From: Candidatus Aenigmatarchaeota archaeon
GTDB lineage: Archaea > Aenigmatarchaeota > Aenigmatarchaeia > CG10238-14 > SCSR01
DNA length: 64,000 bases
Direction: 5' to 3'
NCBI GenBank assembly: GCA_038998335.1
Contig: JAVZHQ010000001.1
Coordinates: 140,455 to 204,454, forward strand
Numbering within the stretch: position 1 is the first letter of the stretch; each line of letters starts with the position of its first letter. The notes under the pieces are model-generated. The model was not told the DNA's origin, searched no databases, and was given only the letters and a program-made list of their open reading frames with translations. The translations under genes and the position numbers were made by a program. Positions 8,348 through 17,579 of this stretch are shown here, piece by piece.

Positions 8348-9298
8348 ATGAATATGCAAAAGAGTGATTTAAAAAAATTCGAGAAAGAAATTTATTTTAA
8401 CATAAACTACAGAAGTACCTGTAATAATAACTGTCTATTTTGTGATGCTGACGAAGGTTATGAACTAATAACTTCTCAAAAAATTTTTGAAATTCTAGAG
8501 AAAGAAAGAGTAGGGCCTAAAGATAGAGTAGTATATTGTGGAGGTGAGCCAACAACTCACCCAGAAATAATAGATATAGTTCAAGGTACATGTAAAAAGT
8601 ATTCGTCAAATTTATATTTCTTGACAAATGGAAGAAAACTTTCGGATTTGGAATTTTCGAAGAAGCTTTTAAAAAAAATAAAAGGTGGTTGTGTTTCCGT
8701 CCCTATTTATGGTTACACATCAAGTATGCACGATTATTTAACTCAATCAAATGGAAGTTTTAAGGAAACTATTAAAGGGGTAACTAATTTATTTAAGTTA
8801 AGAGACGATTATGGGTTTGATTTTGAGATAGAACTTAAAGTATTAATTTGTAAACCTACCTATAAGTATATCTCTAAGATTGTTAAATTCATACAAAAAA
8901 AATTTCCCCAACCTGACTATTTAGTAATAAGTTCTTTGGACATTTCAAATCGTGTTTTGGAAAATCTTGATAAAGTATTTGTAAGATTAAGTGAAGCATC
9001 TCCTTATCTTCGAGAAGCCATAGATATGATCGATGATAAAGAAAACTTAGTTCTATATTTTATACCATTATGCATCCTAAAAGATGAAAAATATTTTCCA
9101 ATAGCTAATAGTTTACGTGGAATCCTTTGTAAAGCTCCTACAAAGTATTATGATCCGCGTAATCTCAACGGAATAGTAGGATATACGGAGAAATCAAAAA
9201 GCCCTAACTGTAAACTTTGTAAATATGATAATTTTTGTGATGGTCTATGGAAAAGATATACAAATTTAGTTGGTTTTGGGGAGCTGGTACCTTTTTAA
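8348..9298 (+). CDS. Radical SAM protein, HxsC-like
   Basis: CNNNCLFC, GGEPT, LTNGR, HDYLTQSNGSFKETIKG, C-terminal PLC...CKLC.YDNFCDGLW..Y Cys cluster. Confidence 0.85.
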   Translation: MNMQKSDLKKFEKEIYFNINYRSTCNNNCLFCDADEGYELITSQKIFEILEKERVGPKDRVVYCGGEPTTHPEIIDIVQGTCKKYSSNLYFLTNGRKLSDLEFSKKLLKKIKGGCVSVPIYGYTSSMHDYLTQSNGSFKETIKGVTNLFKLRDDYGFDFEIELKVLICKPTYKYISKIVKFIQKKFPQPDYLVISSLDISNRVLENLDKVFVRLSEASPYLREAIDMIDDKENLVLYFIPLCILKDEKYFPIANSLRGILCKAPTKYYDPRNLNGIVGYTEKSKSPNCKLCKYDNFCDGLWKRYTNLVGFGELVPF

Positions 9299-9322
9299 TT
9301 AGTACCAATTTAGCTTAATAAA

Positions 9323-10096
9323 CTAGCGTTTTTTTCCTATAGTTAATATATCCATCCCAAGATTAATGAAAGGTTGTGTTTTTGCGAGAGATTCTTCTAA
9401 ATTCAGATAATAATAAAGGTTGTCTATCAATTCTTTGGAATTTTCTAGAAAAAAGAAAAAAGGAATAAATGATATTCCTTCCATAGAAATTAAATAGAAA
9501 TACTTTTTTATCAGAGAACTCAGTTCATTTGTATCGTAGAGCCGAACTTCTAACTTTTTATCTCCTATGTAATGTGGATAAATTTTTGAGTTATTTTTAA
9601 GAGCTTCCAAATGTTTTTTATTCTGAAGTCTTATGTACGAGTATTTGGAATAGAAAGTAGATAAAAAAATACCATCCTTTCTTATAACTCTTTTGATTTC
9701 TTTAAGCACGGGTTCTATCCTTTTAACATAGTTTAGAGACCCGTAAATACTCACTATACAATCAAACTCCTCATCTTTGAAATAATGCAATTTTGTTGCA
9801 GAAAGAACTTTGTAACTAACTTTGTTTTCAACCTCCTTGGGCAAATTTTCTACAGCCTTCGTAATCATTTTTGTTGAAACATCTATTCCAGTAACGGTGC
9901 AATTCCTCTTTTGAGCAAGATATATGCTAGGGAAACCAGTCCCACAACCGATGTCGAGAACTTTAGAATTTTTGGGAATATATTTGTCTAATATACGTTT
10001 AACTCTTTCTCTATAGAAGATTTGATAAGGTCTTTCCATCAAGTTGTCGTAGTGAGGTGCAAATGAATTATAAGCTTTTTTTACTCTTTCCATCAT
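9323..10096 (-). CDS. Class I SAM-dependent methyltransferase
   Basis: AYNSFAPHYD, VLDIGCGTG, GIDVS, SLNY. Confidence 0.9.
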   Translation of the reverse strand: MMERVKKAYNSFAPHYDNLMERPYQIFYRERVKRILDKYIPKNSKVLDIGCGTGFPSIYLAQKRNCTVTGIDVSTKMITKAVENLPKEVENKVSYKVLSATKLHYFKDEEFDCIVSIYGSLNYVKRIEPVLKEIKRVIRKDGIFLSTFYSKYSYIRLQNKKHLEALKNNSKIYPHYIGDKKLEVRLYDTNELSSLIKKYFYLISMEGISFIPFFFFLENSKELIDNLYYYLNLEESLAKTQPFINLGMDILTIGKKR

Positions 10097-10119
10097 TCCA
10101 TATTTTTAAGGCTAATAAA

Positions 10120-11445
10120 TTAAAATGTAATTTCTTTAGTCCAAGGATCTTTATAGTTGTTGATAATGAAATTTAATAAGAATTTGTAGTATCCTTTTAT
10201 AAATTTACAGAAAGGAGAAGGTTTAAAAGTATCATTATAAAAATGCAAGCATTCACCAGGACAACCACCGTTACAAAAAAATTGCCATGGACAGCTTGTA
10301 CATTCTTTTATCGTACTTGCAGCTCTTAATGGAAATTTAATAAAATTTTTATAAGCTTCCTGAAAAGAATTCAATTCAGTTACATTACCAAGTTTAAATG
10401 TAGGTATTTGAAGTCGGGTGCAAGGATATAAATTCCCATTTATATCAACAAAATACATTCTTAACCCTGCAGCGCACCCTCTCGATAAACATATATTTTT
10501 ATCATACATCCTTGTTAAGTTGTCGAAGTACTCGTCTAAAAGTTTTGACTTACAGCCTTTTCTTTTAAGTTTGTATGCTTCTAGAAAAATCCTCTTTTTA
10601 ATAGTAAGAAATTCTTCAGGAGAAATAAGTAATGAAGCATTTTGTTTCGCCCTCCCCATTAAAATTATGTAATTGAACCTAGAGGCAGAAATGTTAAGAT
10701 CAAGCCATAAATGACGTAAAATACCTTCTGGCTCCTTCATATTAAACTTGTGGAAAGTAGTAATAGAAGATATCCAATTGAAACCAGCATTTCTTAAATT
10801 TTCAATAGCTTTAATTACATTATCGTAGCTTCCTCTACCGTTCTCGTAAATTCTCGCTGAGTTATGTTCAAATTCACGACCATCAATACTTATACCAACT
10901 TTTATATCATACTCTTTAAGTTTTTTTGCAATCTTAGGTGTCAAAATTGTCCCATTTGTTTCGATATTAACTTTTAACTCCGCAAGATCTTTTTTTAACT
11001 CTCTAATTTTATTTATTAACCACTCAATTTTTTTCCATTCTAATAAAGGTTCACCTCCAGAAGGTTGAATTCCTATTCGCTTATTAGGTAATTTTGCAAT
11101 TAACTCAGCAATTCTCTCGAGAGTTTCTTTTTTCATACTTTTTCCCTTTCCAGCATCGGCATAACAGTATTTACACCTTAATGTACATTTCTTAGTAAGT
11201 TCGATCTCTATAAGTGTTGGGTTAAAGTCATATCTCTTTACAGAAACTGGCCGAAGTTGTCCGTCTAACTTTATTATACCTCTCCAAAAAAATTTTCGAA
11301 TAAGATTTTCATTCCATTCATTATTTGTAAACTTCCTATAAATATCATTAGAAATATGTACCCAACCTCCTGTTAGATGAGAAAATATCACATAACCATT
11401 TTTAGTTTTCCATGAAGAATAAGGGAGTACTTCTACTTTTACCAT
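10120..11445 (-). CDS. Radical SAM/SPASM peptide maturase (HxsB/anSME-like)
   Basis: CTLRCKYC, GGEPLL, ETNGT, SIDG; SPASM C..C(AAG)...YPC...C..C...C.GGC...C...C; N-terminal RRE-like extension. Confidence 0.92.
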   Translation of the reverse strand: MVKVEVLPYSSWKTKNGYVIFSHLTGGWVHISNDIYRKFTNNEWNENLIRKFFWRGIIKLDGQLRPVSVKRYDFNPTLIEIELTKKCTLRCKYCYADAGKGKSMKKETLERIAELIAKLPNKRIGIQPSGGEPLLEWKKIEWLINKIRELKKDLAELKVNIETNGTILTPKIAKKLKEYDIKVGISIDGREFEHNSARIYENGRGSYDNVIKAIENLRNAGFNWISSITTFHKFNMKEPEGILRHLWLDLNISASRFNYIILMGRAKQNASLLISPEEFLTIKKRIFLEAYKLKRKGCKSKLLDEYFDNLTRMYDKNICLSRGCAAGLRMYFVDINGNLYPCTRLQIPTFKLGNVTELNSFQEAYKNFIKFPLRAASTIKECTSCPWQFFCNGGCPGECLHFYNDTFKPSPFCKFIKGYYKFLLNFIINNYKDPWTKEITF

Positions 11446-11735
11446 ACTATTCCCATCTCTATAAGCTCGTCTAAAATTTTACTAGCATTATTTTTAAAGT
11501 AAGGTTTAAGTATATTAAGGATTTGGTATTTTTTCAATTTTCCCTTTTCTAATTTTTGGAATAATTTTTCCAAACAAGGTGAGTATTCTACTTCAAAAAC
11601 TCGTGATGCGTGATCGTCTAACAAAAATATTTTTGATTCTTTAATAATAACCCTAACCGCGGGTGATAATTTAAATGTAGATAAATTTTTACCTGTAATT
11701 ATTTCTACATGAGAAAAGGGCCTTTCTATTATCAT
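11439..11735 (-). CDS. Putative RiPP recognition element (PqqD-like wHTH)
   Basis: 98 aa, three beta strands then helices ending ILDELIEMGIV; overlaps rSAM start. Confidence 0.65.
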   Translation of the reverse strand: MIIERPFSHVEIITGKNLSTFKLSPAVRVIIKESKIFLLDDHASRVFEVEYSPCLEKLFQKLEKGKLKKYQILNILKPYFKNNASKILDELIEMGIVW

Positions 11736-11753
11736 AAATTATCATATAAAGAT

Positions 11754-11918
11754 TTAGGTAGTTGTAGACCAGTTAAGCCAGTAGGCTTTTATAGGAACAT
11801 CAGAAGGCTGAAGATCCTCGTAGCTTATTTCTTTGCAATAGGTGAAGGGCACACTTCTAAACTCATTCTGCAAGGACAACTTTTTATCTTTTATTGAGAT
11901 TTTATACGCTTCTTCCAT
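11754..11918 (-). CDS. Putative RiPP precursor peptide (54 aa), not in ORF track
   Basis: Hand translation: MEEAYKISIKDKKLSLQNEFRSVPFTYCKEISYEDLQPSDVPIKAYWLNWSTTT*; TATA-like TTATAAATA ~25-30 nt upstream; first gene of RRE-rSAM operon. Confidence 0.75.
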   Translation of the reverse strand: MEEAYKISIKDKKLSLQNEFRSVPFTYCKEISYEDLQPSDVPIKAYWLNWSTTT

Positions 11919-12003
11919 AAATTATAAAAATTACTTAAAATATTTATAAGTTACGGATATAAAGGTGCCTTTAAATTTGTAATCTCAACTTAGAAAATAC
12001 TTG

Positions 12004-12375
12004 TTATAAAATTACAACGTTTGGTAAATCCTTAAAATGCAAGTCTCCTGTGACTATCTTTAAACCAAAAACCAAGCTGGAAGCCAAAATAAAAGAATCT
12101 AGCATACCCCAATTTTTGACTACTTTTTTCCTGTAAAAATTTATTTTTCCAGCTGAAACGCTTGTAGCTTCGTCTAAAGTTAAAATGGTTGAAAGTTCCT
12201 TTATCTTTTTAACAAATTTTTCTGGAGTTTCACCACATCTCAAACAACATTCAGCTATTTCAGCAAGCGAAACAATACTAGTAAAACACCTTTTTTCCTC
12301 TAGAATTTTCTTTACTTTTTTTCCTTTTTCACTTCCGTTAAAAAACTCAACCCAAGCATGAGTATCCAAAAGCAT
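12004..12375 (-). CDS. vapC: VapC PIN-domain toxin
   Basis: MLLDTHAW, SLAE, LDSFILAS, IVTGDLHF. Confidence 0.9.
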   Translation of the reverse strand: MLLDTHAWVEFFNGSEKGKKVKKILEEKRCFTSIVSLAEIAECCLRCGETPEKFVKKIKELSTILTLDEATSVSAGKINFYRKKVVKNWGMLDSFILASSLVFGLKIVTGDLHFKDLPNVVIL

Positions 12376-12378
12376 AAA

Positions 12379-12582
12379 TCATCCTTTATGTTCTCTTTCA
12401 AACTTCAACTTTCCTTTAGCAATTCCGAAGGCTTTTTCAACAGCTTTTTTGTCTGGTTTTAACAAGGCTATCTCCACCTCTTCCCCCTCTTTAACATTTT
12501 GCTCTACAGCTATTTTCTTAGGTATTAAAACTCCTAAAGAAGTTCCAACTACTCTTATTTTTGTTTTGAACACTTCTGGCAT
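12379..12582 (-). CDS. vapB: AbrB/MazE-type antitoxin
   Basis: KIRVVGTSLGVLIPK...EGEEVEI, directly upstream of PIN toxin. Confidence 0.85.
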   Translation of the reverse strand: MPEVFKTKIRVVGTSLGVLIPKKIAVEQNVKEGEEVEIALLKPDKKAVEKAFGIAKGKLKFEREHKG

Positions 12583-12730
12583 CTATTATAATTTATTATA
12601 ATTTCTATTTAAACTTTTCTTACCACTAAAAGTAGCAGTTTTGAATTTTTACCTACAGAAAACTTTAAAAATTAAGGAGAATATTTAATTTTACCAAGTT
12701 GATGACTTTTTTTGAGATTTTGGTGTTAGT

Positions 12731-13693
12731 ATGAGCGAACTGATAAGCCTAGAAAAGGAAGCGAAAGTTTGCTCCGAGCTACTCAAAAAAATAAGGGATT
12801 TGGGGGCAAGGGTTCCGACTAATCATGATGCTTACGTTTCTACAGTGGAAGAATTTAAAAGAGTACTCTCGCAACTTTACGAAACGACAAGATTATGCTC
12901 AGATATTCCAGAAGAATGGAAGGAAAAAAGAAGCGAAAGAATAAAAGGAGCTATGAGGTTTAGCGAAAAGATAGTTTCAGAAGAAGACATAACTCAGTGG
13001 ACTTTTCACTTATCACCTCTTAGGGCTCAAACTTTAAACTTATGCATGGCTCCGATTTACATGAGCAGGATTTACAAAACAAACGCTTGGCTAAGGAATT
13101 TTAGGATAAGAGGAATTCAAAGAGAGCTTTTAATCGATTCCTTAAGCTACGCTTCAAGTTATGAAAAAAGAAAGATTCTTGAAATTGAAGAAAGAGCAAG
13201 GAAAGGAGAAGAAGTAAACCCAAGAATAATGATATCAAAGGCAAAGTACGATACAAGCCCCTTTGGCCAAGGAAAAATCGTTTATTCCTTTTCTCAGTTC
13301 ATCGAGCCCTCGATTATTTTACTTAACCAGCCTTTAAACAAAATAGAAGAAATAAAGAAAAGGATAAATTCCCTAGCTCTTATGCCAGACGTAAAATCCT
13401 TGCTCTTAAACAACATAAGAAAGTACAGAATAGAGGAAGTCTACCCAGGGCCTTACATTTTAACTTTAATAGAAAGCAGAAAAGAAGAAATGACTCAAGT
13501 CTTAAGAGAGTACATTTCAAGAATTCCTGCTGCAAGAAAAAGGTTGTGCAACCCAGTTTTCATCTGGCAATTTTTCTTCGACGCAATCTTCTACGATAAA
13601 AAAATGCAAGTTTTAGACTGTTACTTAATCCCATTAGGTTATAAAAAAGAAGAAACAAAAGTTGAGCAAGAAAAGCTTCCTTATGTTTCTTAA
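12731..13693 (+). CDS. Hypothetical protein
   Basis: 320-aa ORF, no recognised motif. Confidence 0.7.
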   Translation: MSELISLEKEAKVCSELLKKIRDLGARVPTNHDAYVSTVEEFKRVLSQLYETTRLCSDIPEEWKEKRSERIKGAMRFSEKIVSEEDITQWTFHLSPLRAQTLNLCMAPIYMSRIYKTNAWLRNFRIRGIQRELLIDSLSYASSYEKRKILEIEERARKGEEVNPRIMISKAKYDTSPFGQGKIVYSFSQFIEPSIILLNQPLNKIEEIKKRINSLALMPDVKSLLLNNIRKYRIEEVYPGPYILTLIESRKEEMTQVLREYISRIPAARKRLCNPVFIWQFFFDAIFYDKKMQVLDCYLIPLGYKKEETKVEQEKLPYVS

Positions 13694-14337
13694 TCTTTTA
13701 TCTCAAAGTCATACTCAGGGTATTCTTCTTCTTCCTCTATCCCGTTAATTATTTCCTTTAACTCATAATGCTTTATCGGTACACGACCCCAAGGAGCTAT
13801 GTTTCTCAATTTTTCTATTTTTTCAGGAGGTAAGGCTTCTAATGGATTTTTAGATGGAATTGGGTATAAAGTTATTTCTGCTCCATAAACAACTGGCTCT
13901 CCTTTTTCAACAGCATAGTGCAATAGCAAACATCTTTTTTTGGCACTAGCTATTTGCGGGTCAGTCAAATCATCTTCCAAATTTCTTAAAATCTTTCTCA
14001 GAACTTCTGGGCTAGTCCTTTCAAGATATTCTAAAGAGTCTGTCGGCACATCTATTCTGTTTTCTCTGCAATAACTCAAAATTCTTGCAAGCAGAATATC
14101 TCTTTCCTCGCAAGCATTTTCTATTTCTTTTATCTTTTCTCCTAAACCATTTTTTTCGCAAGTTAATACTATAGTTTCTCTTTCATCGTAAGGATAAGAT
14201 GTGTAAAGTTTGTACTCTTCTACTTTTTTTACTTTTCCGTCTACTAAAACCTCTTTTTCTTCTGACTTGATTGCATATACTTCTTTTTTATACAGCCTTT
14301 TTATCAGCTTTCCCAAGATTCTTATCTGCTCTATCAT
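13690..14337 (-). CDS. Hypothetical protein
   Basis: ORF; ATG at 14337 (MIEQIRILG) more plausible start. Confidence 0.7.
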   Translation of the reverse strand: MIEQIRILGKLIKRLYKKEVYAIKSEEKEVLVDGKVKKVEEYKLYTSYPYDERETIVLTCEKNGLGEKIKEIENACEERDILLARILSYCRENRIDVPTDSLEYLERTSPEVLRKILRNLEDDLTDPQIASAKKRCLLLHYAVEKGEPVVYGAEITLYPIPSKNPLEALPPEKIEKLRNIAPWGRVPIKHYELKEIINGIEEEEEYPEYDFEIKD

Positions 14338-14483
14338 ACTAAATAAAATTAAGTGAAATAAGCTTAAAAACTTTTGTTTTTTAAACAAAAACACATGCAA
14401 ACACTTAAAAAATTTTTATAACTACCTAAAAGTTAGAACTAACTTTACTTAACTTAAATAAATTCAGAGATTAATTATATAGT

Positions 14484-15185
14484 ATGGGTTTTAAAAGCAA
14501 AAAAGGTCAATTCTTTCCTTATACAGACTCAGCTCCAAGAAAAACTTTCCCAATTTTAACAATTCTTTTAATAATTCTAAACGTTTCGATTTTTATCTGG
14601 AGCCTAACTTCAGAAGAAGTTCCTTATGTTATTGAAGGCAAGCGTGTATTAATTCCAGAAGTTTACATAAGGTATGGTTTTATTCCAGCAAAATTTTCCT
14701 TTTTCTCTTTTTCATCGATAGCAACGATTTTCACTTCTATGTTTTTGCATGGCGGCATAGACCACATTTTTGGAAACATGTGGTACCTTTGGATTTTTGG
14801 TGATAACGTTGAGGATAAGCTAGGAAAAATAAAGTTTCTTTTGCTCTACTTTCTCTCAGGAATAGGAGCAACTTTCCTTCACTACATAACAAACTTAAAC
14901 TCAGAAATTCCTGCAATAGGAGCTTCCGGAGCAATTTCAGGAATTCTAGGCTCTTACTTGCTTCTTTTCCCAAGAGAAACGATTTTAACAAGGTTTGGCT
15001 ATATGTTTGTAAGAATCCCAGCTTTCATAGTCATAGGCTTTTGGTTTTTTATTCAGTTTCTCTTTGGTACTATAAGCTTTCTTGGAGGAATAGGAAGCGG
15101 AATCGCTTTTTTTGCCCATGTTGGTGGTTTTATCTTCGGCTTTCTTTTCACTTTAATTCTCAAAAATTCTCAGAGTGAATTTTGA
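14484..15185 (+). CDS. Rhomboid intramembrane serine protease
   Basis: SMFLHGG..HIFGNM, GASGAISG, AHVGGF. Confidence 0.95.
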   Translation: MGFKSKKGQFFPYTDSAPRKTFPILTILLIILNVSIFIWSLTSEEVPYVIEGKRVLIPEVYIRYGFIPAKFSFFSFSSIATIFTSMFLHGGIDHIFGNMWYLWIFGDNVEDKLGKIKFLLLYFLSGIGATFLHYITNLNSEIPAIGASGAISGILGSYLLLFPRETILTRFGYMFVRIPAFIVIGFWFFIQFLFGTISFLGGIGSGIAFFAHVGGFIFGFLFTLILKNSQSEF

Positions 15186-15679
15186 TAAACTACTCTATGA
15201 AAACCCTTTGCCTTTTCTATTAAACCAAAATAAGGTTTTATATCGTCTGGAAAAACCCATGTCCTTTCTTTTTCAGGAACTCCTGTAGGGTCAACAACAA
15301 ATTTTTTTCCTTCAAAAGAAAGCATCAGCAAGAAGAAATGCCTATCATCATAATTTTTCAAGACAATTTCATAAAAATAATTTTTTGCACAAGACTCTTT
15401 CAAAGTTTGTTTTGCTAACTCAATAACTTTCGGAATGTATCTACATAAGCCAGGCCTCCAAGCATAGCCAGTTTTTTTACACAATTTTTCAAGAAAATCT
15501 TTTACCGCTTTTCTCTCCTCTTTTTTTAATCCACTCTTTTCAAAATACTTTGAAAATTTATCAAAACTTTCGCTTCTTGATTTTTCAATCATTTCTTCTA
15601 CCAACTTGCTATCATAAAGAGATGGTTTAAAAACCTCTTCGCTAAATATTTCAATCAATTCTTCTAGCTTACTTTTCAT
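15170..15679 (-). CDS. Hypothetical protein with transglutaminase/papain-like triad
   Basis: GLCR ... RHFFL ... VVDPT order of Cys-His-Asp. Confidence 0.55.
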   Translation of the reverse strand: MKSKLEELIEIFSEEVFKPSLYDSKLVEEMIEKSRSESFDKFSKYFEKSGLKKEERKAVKDFLEKLCKKTGYAWRPGLCRYIPKVIELAKQTLKESCAKNYFYEIVLKNYDDRHFFLLMLSFEGKKFVVDPTGVPEKERTWVFPDDIKPYFGLIEKAKGFHRVVYQNSL

Positions 15680-15680
15680 A

Positions 15681-16511
15681 CTAAAACTTATAACCCAAAC
15701 TTTCAAATACTTTTTTCATCTTTAAGCTGTCTTGCTCCAATACGGGCGATTCAGAAATTATGGTAACGTTTAGCTTTCTTTTCAAAATCTCTTTTGCTAA
15801 AGGCTCAAAAGGTGGTGAATTATCCATAGGAACATGCTCTTTCTCGTTACCAAAACCTGTTGCTTTTACAGGAGTGAACTTTATGCCAGAAAAATGCATG
15901 TGCAAGTGCTTAAGTTTTAGTTCTTCTATTTCATCAAAAATTCTCTTGTAATCTATTTTTCCGCAATTTCTCGCAAATATATGAGCAGGATCTAAAGCTA
16001 AAGTGAAACCTTTAACTCTTTTGCTCAACTTAATCAATTCTTCCAAAGTTCCAAACTGACTTACTTTTCCTGTAGTTTCTCCTGCAAGCAAAACTTTTTT
16101 TATTCCTTTTTCTTTTGCTTTTTCCAAAATATCTTTAACTTCTCTTTCTACTATTTCAAAAGCCTTTTCCTTTTCTAAACCAGAATAATAAGCTAGGTGA
16201 GCAACCACAACCTCAGCTTTAAGCCTTTCAGCCCTATCCATGGAATCAAGAATAAATTTTTTGCTCGCTTCTACAGTTTGTTTTTTTGCTGAGCAAAGGT
16301 TTAGAAAATAAGGAGCATGAACAGAAAGCTTTATTCCTAAACTTTCTGCTAATTTTCCAGCTTCTTCTGCAGCCTTCTCGCTCAAATAAACGTTTCTAAC
16401 AAACTCAATTTCCATAGCGTTAAGCTTAAGCTCAGAAACAGTTCTAATTCCTCCTAGTGTGCTTCTATCTTTCGCTACTGTAGGAATTCCAGCAGGTCCA
16501 AGCCAAATCAT
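15681..16511 (-). CDS. nfo: Endonuclease IV (AP endonuclease 2)
   Basis: GPAGIP, SVHAPY.LNL, ETTGK..QFG, DPAH..AR, HMHFSGI, ISESP. Confidence 0.9.
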   Translation of the reverse strand: MIWLGPAGIPTVAKDRSTLGGIRTVSELKLNAMEIEFVRNVYLSEKAAEEAGKLAESLGIKLSVHAPYFLNLCSAKKQTVEASKKFILDSMDRAERLKAEVVVAHLAYYSGLEKEKAFEIVEREVKDILEKAKEKGIKKVLLAGETTGKVSQFGTLEELIKLSKRVKGFTLALDPAHIFARNCGKIDYKRIFDEIEELKLKHLHMHFSGIKFTPVKATGFGNEKEHVPMDNSPPFEPLAKEILKRKLNVTIISESPVLEQDSLKMKKVFESLGYKF

Positions 16512-16549
16512 ACTAATTTATTTTCAAGTTTTAAAAGAATTAATTTTTG

Positions 16550-16714
16550 CTAAATTGGAAAAACAATCCTGAGAATTATTTCCATAAGAATTATAGCAAT
16601 AACTATGTAAACAACATGCTCTGGCTTAATCTTTATAACTTCCTTTTCCTCTTCACTATATCTCAACAACCCTCCTGCTCCCATGGGCATGTAAAGTTTT
16701 TCTCTTCTTGCCAT
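16550..16714 (-). CDS. secG: Preprotein translocase subunit Sec61beta
   Basis: MPMGAGGLLRYSEE...IKPEHVV followed by TM helix. Confidence 0.85.
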   Translation of the reverse strand: MARREKLYMPMGAGGLLRYSEEEKEVIKIKPEHVVYIVIAIILMEIILRIVFPI

Positions 16715-16721
16715 AGCACCA

Positions 16722-16832
16722 CTAGTTTGGATAATAGTAAAGGTTTTCTTCTTCAATAAAATTTTGTATGAACTCTTCAGAAATTTTCATGAATTTTATA
16801 AACTCAAGCTCGTTCAACTTTTTTCTTTTCAT
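16722..16832 (-). CDS. Possible 36-aa small protein
   Basis: MKRKKLNELEFIKFMKISEEFIQNFIEEENLYYYPN*, fills the gap between HAD gene and sec61beta on the same strand. Confidence 0.35.
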   Translation of the reverse strand: MKRKKLNELEFIKFMKISEEFIQNFIEEENLYYYPN

Positions 16833-16833
16833 A

Positions 16834-17490
16834 CTAAAAAATTAAGCGTTGGAAATATATATAAAGATGTTGAGGCGAAGTTATAACACCAAAGTACGGG
16901 TTTGCTGCTCTTAATCTTGCTATAACTCTTAAATCACGTTCACAACAAAAACCCAAGGTTAACATGCCAGCCCTTTTTCCAGCGATAATATCTTCCTTGC
17001 TGTTTCCCACGTAAAGACATTTTTTTGTTTCTAAATTTAAATCTCTTGCCAAGCAAATCAAAGCATCAGGCTCAGGTTTTGGTCTTAAGTTTCTTTCCTC
17101 TATTTCATCCCAAGTTATCATTCCGTCTATATACTCTACAATTTTATTCTTTCTGGCTATTTCTTCAACAACACTTCTTGGAGAATGGGTTACTATACCT
17201 TGAATTTTTCCATGCTTTTTATTGTACTTCAGAACTTTTTTCACTTCTGGTATGACTTTTATTTTATCAGTTTTATTTTTGTAAGCTTCTTCTGCTTTTT
17301 CTGGCTCTATTTTTTGCCTTCTCAAAAATTTTTTCCAGTCGTAGTGTAAGCGTTGCAACATTCTGTAACTTAAGCTAGGTTTTATTCCCATTTCTTTACA
17401 AATCTCGTAATAAGTTTCTCTTATAAACTTATCTGATTTAACTATGGTTCCGTCAAAATCGTAAAGTATTCCCGTTATCAAAAGACTCAT
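16834..17490 (-). CDS. HAD-family hydrolase (phosphoglycolate phosphatase-like)
   Basis: YDFDGTI, IVT, KPEP, YVGNSKEDI.AG. Confidence 0.9.
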   Translation of the reverse strand: MSLLITGILYDFDGTIVKSDKFIRETYYEICKEMGIKPSLSYRMLQRLHYDWKKFLRRQKIEPEKAEEAYKNKTDKIKVIPEVKKVLKYNKKHGKIQGIVTHSPRSVVEEIARKNKIVEYIDGMITWDEIEERNLRPKPEPDALICLARDLNLETKKCLYVGNSKEDIIAGKRAGMLTLGFCCERDLRVIARLRAANPYFGVITSPQHLYIYFQRLIF

Positions 17491-17579
17491 TAAAATGAGT
17501 AGGAAAAATGAGTTTAAAAAGGTTTTTTTAAGGAATTTAAAAATTTTAAGCTTTCTTCCTTTTAAAATTGAAAAAAGGA

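Noticed and set aside
11709-11897. 62-aa plus-strand ORF as RiPP precursor
   Set aside because: Antisense to the operon; the minus-strand 54-aa ORF has promoter, orientation and core-like tail
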